Below, in pieces: positions 58,201 to 64,000 of a DNA stretch of 64,000 nt. The translations under genes were made by a program, and so were the position numbers. The notes under the pieces were generated by a model. That model saw nothing but the letters and a program-made list of their open reading frames with translations. It did no database searches and was not told the origin of the DNA. Origin of the DNA: an uncultured Ohtaekwangia sp. (GTDB lineage: Bacteria; Bacteroidota; Bacteroidia; Cytophagales; Cyclobacteriaceae); the NCBI GenBank assembly GCA_964655635.1, contig CAZZNH010000011.1, forward strand, positions 39,645-103,644, written 5' to 3'. Each line of letters starts with the position of its first letter. Position 1 is the first letter of the stretch.

Positions 58201-61200
58201 AGTTTCAAGGTTTTTGCAACCTACCGCGTCTGTTGCTATTACGGAATATATCGATGAGGAAAGGGTACCTTGATTAACATCCACATTGTTGGCAACCGGT
58301 CCTAGCGTAGGAAATGGTGATGTGGTTCCGGTTGGCGGATTTAGAACCGGATCAAATTGAGGTGGGTTCGAATTAAAATCTATTGGCGTTACGGGATTGG
58401 TTGGGCCTTGTATAAAAACTTCAAACGTAAATGTGGTGGCCATTGCATCATTCCGGTTCGCCCGGATATCCAGCGCACCGTTGTTCGTTGCACAACTGGT
58501 AGGCAAGGCGCCAATGTTAAAAATAACATCTGAACCAGTTTGATCCTGAACGGTGGCAGTCACCGGTTGAGATACACATTGTGTTCGGTCGTCAAAGGCA
58601 ACCATCGTATAATTGCCGAACGTAAGTTGGTTATGCACATCCGTGTTGGCACCTACGGCTCCCGTAAATCTGCGGTTGGGTGAAGCCGGACTGGCATTGA
58701 CATCGCCAATTAGTACGGCAGCATCATTCGTAGTGGTAAATGGTTGCTCTTTCAGCCAATAATAGGTATAAGTTTGTACGGGCGCAGGGTTAACCGTGGC
58801 CGTGATTTGCCCATCAGGCGGAGCGCACGCGGTTTGTTGTGAATTTACAGCGAGCGCAACTGTCGGTATAGTAATTATCTCCTGGAGGAATTGGGTTTTT
58901 GTGTTTTCACACCCCGTGGCTAACCTTTGCACATGAACGGTATAAAACAAATTTCCGTCCAGTGTGACTATCTCTCCCGGAGTACCTGAATATTTCCCCG
59001 CAGGTGTTGGCGTAGTCAGGTCCGACCCATCATACCAGGTAAAATTGTATCCACCCACAACCCCCGGTCCACCCCCTATTAAAGTTTCATCTATGGTAGC
59101 TGCGAGTTCACCGTTCCGTGGATTTACACACGATGTTTGTGGTGTACTGGCTACGTCAATCACGGGAATGTACAGGTCATCATTGACATCCACTGAGACT
59201 GGTGTAGACGTACAGTTCACGTCATCTTTCCTGATCGTTAGCGAATAATTACCGGCAGCAAGTCCCGTTATATTGGGTGTACTTGCGCCCGTAGACCATG
59301 CCAGGGTATAACCCGTGTACGGAGAGGCGACCACCCCCCTGTAGTTCACCGTGCCAATCAGCGCCTGACCATTGGTGCCCACACACAACGTGTTATCAAC
59401 TTTGCTTAACGGACTCAAAACGGGCAATTCACTGATGTCAGGTATCAGCACACCACTTGTGTTTTTACAACCCGTGCTTTGCAAGGTTACTTCGACAATG
59501 TAGTCCTCACCTACTCCCCCTTGCAATCCACTGATGGTAGGCACAGCGGGAGCGTTCAACTCAGCGCCTGGGTTAACCACCACCCCTTGATACCATTTAT
59601 AAATGTAGGTGTCGGCAGGCACTACGCCCGTTACTGATGCCTGGCCATCGGGTGCACCTCCGGCACAATTCGATGATCCGGTGATGCTTGTTGTTATTGT
59701 TGGGAAAACCTGAACATTTTGAATTTCTGCGGTTACAAAACTCGAAGTGCAATTTAATGTGGCATTGGTTATCGTTCCCGAATAAAAACCCCCATCGCGC
59801 CCCGTCAGGCTCGAAGCCGTCTCACCTCCTATGATACTGGACATATCCGTGCCCGTAGACCACGCGTAGGTATAAATATGACCTCCCAAACCATTTGTGT
59901 CGGTAAATGAACTGGTAATACTTCCATCAAAACCGATTCCCGGATCACATATGGAATTGATCCCGGGATTAAGTGTAAGTACAGGAAGCTCTTTGTTATC
60001 AGGGAGCGTAACCGTTTTGGTATTGATACAGCCACTGGAAGAATTTCTTACCTCTACCGTGAAATTTTGCCCCCCTTGCAATTGAATCGGGTTAAAAGTA
60101 TTTCCATTGTTGGGTACGGCAGGTACAGGCGGGTCAGTAGTCAAATTTCCTGTAAACCAGTTGAAAGAGAATCCCGCTGTTGTGGGTGTTCCGCCCACAT
60201 CAACCGATGAATCAATCTCTCCATTTGGTGTGCCTCCGGCACAGTTGGTTGACGGGGTCAGTGCGGTATTAATGACAGGTAAAATCTGGTTATTTATTAT
60301 CTCCGTGGTAACAGGAGAAGATGTACAATTTAAAGTAGCGTTGGTAATAGATGCCGTATAAAAACCACCGTCTCGGCCCACCAGGCTTGAAGCTGACTGA
60401 CCTCCGATGATGCTGCTCATATCTGTACCTGTTGACCAAGCATACGAGTACGTATGGCTTCCCAGGCCATTTGCATCAATAAATGAACTGGTTATGAATC
60501 CATTAAATCCAATCGTGGGATCACAGATAGAATTTTCATTCGGATTGAGGGTCAAGACTGGAAGTGCCTTGTTATCAGGAAGTGTAACAGTCTTGGTATT
60601 GATGCAACCACTTGTGCTATTTCGTACTTCAACGGTAAAATTTTGTCCGCCCTGCAGTTGAATCGGGTTAAAAGTATTTCCATTGTTGGGTGTTGCAGGT
60701 ACGGCAGGATCGGTAGTCAAATTTCCTGTAAACCAATTGAAAGAAAATCCCGCTGTTGTTGGTGTTCCGCCCACATCGACCGATGAATCAATAGATCCAT
60801 TTGCCGCTCCACCGACACAATTCGTTGAAGGCGTAGGGGTTGTGTTGATGACTGGCAATATTTGGTTATTAAGAATTTCCGTAGTCACCGGTGATGAAAC
60901 ACAATTCAGCGTTGCATTGGTAACAGTTGCCGTATAGAATCCACCATTCCTTCCGGTTAAACTTGCAGCCGTTTGGCCTCCGATCGGACTGGTCATGTCT
61001 GTTCCGGTGGACCAGGCATAGTTGTAAACGTGTCCGCCTGATCCATTTGTGTCGACAAAGGAGCTTGTAATAAATCCGTTGAAACCAAGTGTCGCGTCAC
61101 AAATCGAGTTTTCATTTGGCATGAGGCTCAACACCGGCAAAATTTTATTGTCAGGAAGCAAAATGGTCAGCGTATTGGCACAACCGGTTGTATTGTTTAC

Positions 61201-64000
61201 AACCTCAACCGTATAATTCAAACCTCCTTGTTGGCCCGGAACCGCTGCTGTATTGCCAACCACCGCCCCAGCGGTTCCATTGCCGGCATACCATGTAAAT
61301 GTGTATCCTGTTGTCGTAGTTGATCCACCCAGGTCGACTTCAGCGCTGACAATACCATTGGGTGTGCCGCCTGCACAATGGGTAGAGGGTGTGCTTACAT
61401 CGACAATCACAGGAAGATCCTGTACGTTCAACACCTCCACAGTAACAGGTACGGATGTGCAAAACAGGTCAAGGCGCTGAACCACCACCGTATAGTAGCC
61501 ACCGTTGAGTTGGCTAAGCGATGGCAATTTGTCGTTGGCTACTGCGATCACAGGATCACCTGTGGTTTGCCCCTGGTGCCAGGTAAATTTGTAGTTGGTG
61601 AAGTCCGCAACCGGTGCACCATCAAAGGTAACCGTAGCCGAAACTCCACCATTGTAATTACTGGATGCTTTTGCCGGATCGCAGATTGAGTTGGTGGAAG
61701 CCGAAAGCGTCACTACGGGTACTTTTACATTTTCGGCAATGATAAATTTCTCTGTGGCAACGCAGTTGTTTGCGGTAATAATTTTAACGGTATAGAATTG
61801 TCCACCTCCAGATACATTGTTGGCTTGCTTTCCATTGACGTCCGATACTGAACTGTGTAGACTTGCCGGCAAAGTGTTGTCTCCTTTAAACCATTGGAAA
61901 GTAAAACTGGCTGGATTTTGCTGCACACCACCAATGAAAGCATCCGCGGTTAGAATGCCGTTGGGGTTTGCCGGATCACACGATGTCTGTGGCGCTATCT
62001 GGGTAATCACCGCAACCGGTATCACCGTTTGATTCAGTACCTCGACAATCGGGGCCTGCGTAGATACGCATTGGGTGGCAAGTTGTTTGATCTCAGCCTG
62101 ATAAAATCCTGCAGCCAGACCGGTTCGGGTCTGACCGCTGCCATTGGCAGGAGGCAGTATACTACCCCGCGTGCTGGTGGCGTTATTATAAAAATACCAG
62201 TCGAACTGATAGTCTGCCGGGTTCTGAATGACGCCATTAAAAAGTGCGTCAGCCTGTATGACACCGCTGTTTGGATTACTGCAATCAACGACATGCTGCA
62301 GTACCTGTGCCTGGGCATCGGGAATCTGAGGGCCATTCACGGTGGCAGGATTCGAAATTTTGACACAGCCGCTTTTAGAAACCCTCACCAAATAATTTCC
62401 GGCAGTCAGGTTGTTGGCAATCGGACCTACGATGCCCAATGGGTTGAGTGAAATATCAAACCACTCAAAGGTGAAACCGGTATTTCCACCAGTGATTACC
62501 GCTTCCAACTGACCGTTGGCCGGACTGCAAAGTGTTTGATCCGACAACACGTTGATGGTGATTTCCGGATCATTGCCAAGTCGAACAATCGTTTCGGTTA
62601 CAGGCGCTGCAGCACAACCCTTCTGTGTATCTGTTACTACCAAGGTATAATCGCCTTCGGCCCGGTCAGTAAGTAAATAATCAGTTCCTGCCGGACCGGG
62701 GATCGGGGTGCTTGTGTTTGGTCCACTGTACCACTGGAAACTATAAGGGCTTAAGTCGTTTACCTCAACACCGCCTTTAAAGATATGTGCTCTTAATTCA
62801 CCTGTATCGGGTGCAGTATTGTCGCATTTAAAATTATCACTTACTTTTTCTATGGTAACTGTGAATGGATTTGGCGCAATCAGCACCTGATAAGTGTTGT
62901 TGGCAATGCTGCACTCTTTCGTGTTGTTTATCACCAAAGGAAGTGTCCCATTGCTGTAAAGCACAATGTAAAGTGTGAAGACCGTGCCAGGGCCGTTAAA
63001 GTTAATAGGAGGTGTTTGCAGGGTTTGTCCTACCTGCAGGTTGTTGATGGTCAATGTTGAATTGTGCAGATAGGTGCCACCATTGAGCGGATCACCGTTA
63101 AAAAATGCCACAGGAACTGTGTCGGTAATGGGCAGATCTCCACTGTTTACAATATTGAAAAACGCGGATACGCCCAGGTTTCCACAAATCGGAGGTGTCA
63201 CCACAACCGCAGGCGTGTACACCCCATCACCATCGATATCTACGCCCGGGTTGGCGGGGTCATCGCCAAAGAACGCCAGGTCAGGTGCTGGATAAATAGG
63301 GCAACCGTCTGCACTGAGCCTCGGGACCTGATTGAGGAAAACATTGAATGGTTGATTAGGGCCTGGCACGCCATTGGGACAAGGCGTATTTCCAAAAACA
63401 AGCGTCTGGTCCAATTGAGGAAATGGAAGCGTTAAGTTGTCGTTGATGTTCACCACAAAATATCCCGGCTGATTCCACACCTTTCGGGTGGGTAGCCATT
63501 CGTTGCCAGTGGAAAACCACAACCTTACCTCGCCCCTCGCTTGCTCCTGCAGTGTGCCATTGATGTTGAATGCTCCGGGTCCTCGAAAACATGGTGCGCA
63601 AATATCCGTTCCACCATCGCCATTGACATCGGCAATGATGGGGCCTTCGGTGAACGTGTGGGACTTACAGGAGGAAAACCAGAGTTTGTTCTGTCCGGTG
63701 GCTCCGTCCACGATTACGATCTCTTGCGAATCGCGGTATACCAGTTCCGGGGTACCGTCATTGACAAAATCGTAAATGGTGACGGCAATAATTCCTGAAT
63801 TGGAATCATTGATGGTTCGGGGTGTTGCCCATAGTGGAACCAGGTTATCGCTGGCATCGGTCATTAAACAGAACAGCCGGTTGCCCGCCACAAAGGATAA
63901 ATTTAGTTTACCATCACCATTGGCGTCTCCCAGGTTTATTCGGCTTGTTCCCCACGTCCATCCGTTTGGCAAAACGGCATCCGGAGGATTAAAAACGGAA
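52282..64000 (-). CDS. Giant SprB-like cell-surface adhesin with T9SS type B (gliding motility-associated) C-terminal domain; N-terminus lies beyond the right window edge
   Basis: More than 3,900 aa. The frame is still open at position 64000 upstream of the track TTG start at 63972. The N-terminal part has FG-GAP/VCBS-like motifs (GDANGDGKLNL, DFVNDGTPELV, ADVNGDGGTDI). Dozens of ~95-100-aa Cys-containing SprB-type repeats follow (C..ANG.....V.GG....F.W...). The last ~95 aa (SPYNGVSNNSDGQNDAFIV...GTYFYVIDKRDG...GYLELDR) match the type B CTD. Confidence 0.9.
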   Translation of the reverse strand, partial: SVFNPPDAVLPNGWTWGTSRINLGDANGDGKLNLSFVAGNRLFCLMTDASDNLVPLWATPRTINDSNSGIIAVTIYDFVNDGTPELVYRDSQEIVIVDGATGQNKLWFSSCKSHTFTEGPIIADVNGDGGTDICAPCFRGPGAFNINGTLQEQARGEVRLWFSTGNEWLPTRKVWNQPGYFVVNINDNLTLPFPQLDQTLVFGNTPCPNGVPGPNQPFNVFLNQVPRLSADGCPIYPAPDLAFFGDDPANPGVDIDGDGVYTPAVVVTPPICGNLGVSAFFNIVNSGDLPITDTVPVAFFNGDPLNGGTYLHNSTLTINNLQVGQTLQTPPINFNGPGTVFTLYIVLYSNGTLPLVINNTKECSIANNTYQVLIAPNPFTVTIEKVSDNFKCDNTAPDTGELRAHIFKGGVEVNDLSPYSFQWYSGPNTSTPIPGPAGTDYLLTDRAEGDYTLVVTDTQKGCAAAPVTETIVRLGNDPEITINVLSDQTLCSPANGQLEAVITGGNTGFTFEWFDISLNPLGIVGPIANNLTAGNYLVRVSKSGCVKISNPATVNGPQIPDAQAQVLQHVVDCSNPNSGVIQADALFNGVIQNPADYQFDWYFYNNATSTRGSILPPANGSGQTRTGLAAGFYQAEIKQLATQCVSTQAPIVEVLNQTVIPVAVITQIAPQTSCDPANPNGILTADAFIGGVQQNPASFTFQWFKGDNTLPASLHSSVSDVNGKQANNVSGGGQFYTVKIITANNCVATEKFIIAENVKVPVVTLSASTNSICDPAKASSNYNGGVSATVTFDGAPVADFTNYKFTWHQGQTTGDPVIAVANDKLPSLSQLNGGYYTVVVQRLDLFCTSVPVTVEVLNVQDLPVIVDVSTPSTHCAGGTPNGIVSAEVDLGGSTTTTGYTFTWYAGNGTAGAVVGNTAAVPGQQGGLNYTVEVVNNTTGCANTLTILLPDNKILPVLSLMPNENSICDATLGFNGFITSSFVDTNGSGGHVYNYAWSTGTDMTSPIGGQTAASLTGRNGGFYTATVTNATLNCVSSPVTTEILNNQILPVINTTPTPSTNCVGGAANGSIDSSVDVGGTPTTAGFSFNWFTGNLTTDPAVPATPNNGNTFNPIQLQGGQNFTVEVRNSTSGCINTKTVTLPDNKALPVLTLNPNENSICDPTIGFNGFITSSFIDANGLGSHTYSYAWSTGTDMSSIIGGQSASSLVGRDGGFYTASITNATLNCTSSPVTTEIINNQILPVINTALTPSTNCAGGTPNGEIDSSVDVGGTPTTAGFSFNWFTGNLTTDPPVPAVPNNGNTFNPIQLQGGQNFTVEVRNSSSGCINTKTVTLPDNKELPVLTLNPGINSICDPGIGFDGSITSSFTDTNGLGGHIYTYAWSTGTDMSSIIGGETASSLTGRDGGFYSGTITNATLNCTSSFVTAEIQNVQVFPTITTSITGSSNCAGGAPDGQASVTGVVPADTYIYKWYQGVVVNPGAELNAPAVPTISGLQGGVGEDYIVEVTLQSTGCKNTSGVLIPDISELPVLSPLSKVDNTLCVGTNGQALIGTVNYRGVVASPYTGYTLAWSTGASTPNITGLAAGNYSLTIRKDDVNCTSTPVSVDVNDDLYIPVIDVASTPQTSCVNPRNGELAATIDETLIGGGPGVVGGYNFTWYDGSDLTTPTPAGKYSGTPGEIVTLDGNLFYTVHVQRLATGCENTKTQFLQEIITIPTVALAVNSQQTACAPPDGQITATVNPAPVQTYTYYWLKEQPFTTTNDAAVLIGDVNASPASPNRRFTGAVGANTDVHNQLTFGNYTMVAFDDRTQCVSQPVTATVQDQTGSDVIFNIGALPTSCATNNGALDIRANRNDAMATTFTFEVFIQGPTNPVTPIDFNSNPPQFDPVLNPPTGTTSPFPTLGPVANNVDVNQGTLSSSIYSVIATDAVGCKNLETFFLPFQDAHDIDALVLNSQICPYTIGDGSISVRTIPPPTNLGANQTQFTYSFYAGGVANPANLLTPPGAPAPVELCANGIDDDGDGLIDGADPDCTNPFNYPPSTEICNNGIDDDGDGLIDGADPDCTNRVERSRLAPGFYTIEVQENISGALCKVYEVIEIQRDALPPLLDIVGTVTPNTACNTALAADGSVEIMIAKDPNDNTVGSTYTLGLGPLAGTEVFNPALGALPFANPVITGLQPDTNVAQYTITVTSSNNCSSQRFISVPDQPTTAELVSNDVVIRDAEYCNPLLEQSARVVVNDIRLVGGGVENIADYQFDWFTDIGLLTNVFAAAQGNPAAIAGGDEFINNVPAGSGTVPAGTVTAGSYWIRVTKTADASGTGGIGCFSSPLKVDLVDHHVNPQATLTPFSNTACDGNFEGSIVVDAVTPIVFGPPDLSPGNGGTYAYTWTSSVAPPPNTVGQSGVANSTPNNLQDGNYTLTATNEVTGCATMVSTTILKVSPPVFTMSVTSLPQELCTPHGTARVTDVFLNGVSDGGTANFNFNWFRAAPNTPALVDGGAATIIVDQIDNTNYLTIGRDDYYVIAIRRPNTDPGSGCASAPTKVTIDDTSVDPVVSLTPFFNTACDTGFEGRINTTTTTQAGTPGAGATYQYSWTSTSTTTPVANPAAVGNEFFINLEDGDYMLTATNNVTSCFASATATIIKSLTPIVVASATPTDQELCSPDGSILVNDITVNGVIDVNHNNFDFTWYKDSPGNPSIATGVNNDLLDIVDFATIGVGTYYVKARRLNGINPGSGCESAPLRVEIEDVSVDPVVSLTPFFNTACDTGFEGRINTTTTTQAGTPGAGATYVYAWTSTSTTTPAGDPAAVGNEVFTNLEDGDYILTATNNVTSCFASATTTIVKSLTPIVVANATPTDQQLCTPDGAILVNDITVNGVVDANHNNFDFTWFKDSAGNPAIATGVNNDFLDITDFATIGVGTYFVKARRLNGVTPGSGCESAPLRVEIKDISVDPAITFNSISSTSCDNNFDGQITVNASTTVGPGVGSNYDLLWTAVPIGSTVANATDVPSPYSTFGADIVGPGDFTVQVTNRITQCFASGTITMISTPQPLDILTVNKTDQAICFPDGSIAVNSLNSGVVGNYSYQWFRNDPNSAALVDGGAAVIVTPTLDVVNYPSIGADTYFVVATKNPGIAPGSGCVTPPFRVDILDTHLDPRIQFTYVPNSSCDPVNPNGMVIANAAEQSGANGDNYSFTWTLNSGALPPFTTITSTNNSNQLDNASDGNYVLVIQNTSATGCQFTSSLAVEKNLNISLPNIIDANTIDPLDCLASGSATVTRVGIGGITFFNDPPDDLDLNFDYKWFQGNLGSQLIGEVNHNIVGRLPGTYYVTVQDATTLCESGPKEVVIDDDQIIYPAVNIVQTARQISCMAATGTAALASTADGQTDANLDYQFAWYPTLDATGASFANTSTIIGQGAGNYSVDVLRVSTGCSSQALYIVPDEAPQFTPVISLGGQGRTLCVGQDGLVLARVIDISLQYPFPLNFTADLFNGSTPNLGGPPSVPNMANVPGFATNFTEGSLAEGFYTVRITDNNTGCFAVATQEVLDQRVPPEVVIKQDNPLTNCDPAIANGQLSATADGGKVGGYTFSWHAGTAVATPPQAVLSAINKLIAQGAGDYVVRVTNKLTGCFDDLAGVIEDNTVTPPVPQALTEKNRTNCLVPNGIVTASVGDNIIDYIFNWYDGTAVSSSADFSGVRYTDLDVGSYTVTATDIVTRCVSPPATTPVLDERLIPQFVIETTPSFCMDTGRPKGNGSVLLTLTNNDDNNIALENVTWVDTSTNQPVGDGTALYELFPGFYRANAITFEGCSNEGVAEVKTEISPYNGVSNNSDGQNDAFIVDCISLFPNNNVKIFNRNGIKVYEADGYNNGDIAFIGMGINGLYLQGKELPVGTYFYVIDKRDGSKPVAGYLELDR
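55165..56364 (-). repeat. Intragenic tandem pair, two units of 600 nt (200 aa)
   Basis: Unit starts (DPVVSLTPFFNTACDTGFEGR) are at 56364 and 55764. The protein units are nearly identical. The DNA differs at many third-codon positions. Confidence 0.9.
57814..57975 (-). repeat. Two copies of a 22-aa Cys-bracketed poly-Asp motif (C-x-NGIDDDGDGLIDGADPDCTN), period 96 nt
   Basis: The copies lie at 57910-57975 and 57814-57879. The motif resembles calcium- or metal-binding Asp-rich repeats of the thrombospondin type 3 / MopE kind. Confidence 0.8.
59431..61158 (-). repeat. Intragenic tandem array, three units of 576 nt (192 aa, two SprB repeats each)
   Basis: Unit starts (LPDNK codons) are at 61158, 60582 and 60006, exactly 576 nt apart. 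Identical DNA blocks are shared, e.g. TGAATCGGGTTAAAAGTATTTCCATTGTTGGGT at 60081-60113 and 60657-60689. The third unit diverges in its distal half. Confidence 0.9.

Noticed and set aside
59897-60937. Series of similar plus-strand ORFs (59897-60085, 60107-60361, 60407-60661, 60683-60937) that look like a repeated small-gene family
   Set aside because: They are the antisense reading of the 576-nt coding repeats of the giant adhesin. Their similarity only mirrors that repeat.
55165-61158. Regularly spaced direct repeats that could be mistaken for a CRISPR-like array
   Set aside because: The units are 576-600 nt, contiguous with no spacers, in frame, and encode SprB-type domains inside one continuous ORF. 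No cas genes are present.
1-64000. Search for tRNA, rRNA, tmRNA, RNase P, riboswitches, transposases, integrases and defence genes
   Set aside because: No intergenic gap exceeds ~240 nt. None shows cloverleaf-like or known riboswitch-like conserved cores that I could recognise by eye, and no ORF has recombinase or defence-type motifs. Absence by eye is not proof, and a covariance-model scan (Infernal/Rfam, tRNAscan) would be decisive.

Overview
The window looks like a chromosomal segment of a gliding Bacteroidota, probably Cytophagia- or Sphingobacteriia-like. Supporting markers are T9SS type A and type B C-terminal sorting domains, a PorP/SprF gene, SprB-type repeats, a GxxExxY protein, an IPExxxVDY protein and a TAnnTTTG-type -7 box. 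Most of it is tightly packed core metabolism. This includes ruvC, wecB, gltBD with a divergent ammonium transporter, miaA, pyk, acpP-fabF-rnc, nadE, lgt, a BamA-like OMP and an RRM RNA-binding protein.

Accessory or niche content:
1. An AT-rich surface-glycan locus (about 3.3-9.6 kb) that also holds an odd T9SS gene pair.
2. An OMP plus helix-hairpin-helix beta-barrel pair followed by a micro-ORF (32.7-35.7 kb).
3. A nitrilase/NTF2 pair.
4. A complete AraC-controlled hydroxyproline catabolic operon, interrupted by a GxxExxY (PD-(D/E)XK) cassette with GC-rich inverted flanks (41.1-47.4 kb).
5. A T9SS surface locus (47.4-64 kb). It carries a giant SprB-like adhesin of more than 3,900 aa, truncated by the right window edge, that is translationally coupled to its PorP/SprF partner.

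I saw no rRNA, tRNA, CRISPR array, transposase, integrase or recognisable defence system. No single locus is clearly a new system. The best candidates are the GxxExxY cassette, the cargo-less CTD plus tail-fibre-like pair, and the HhH-barrel module. All product calls come from motif recognition by eye; no database search was possible.
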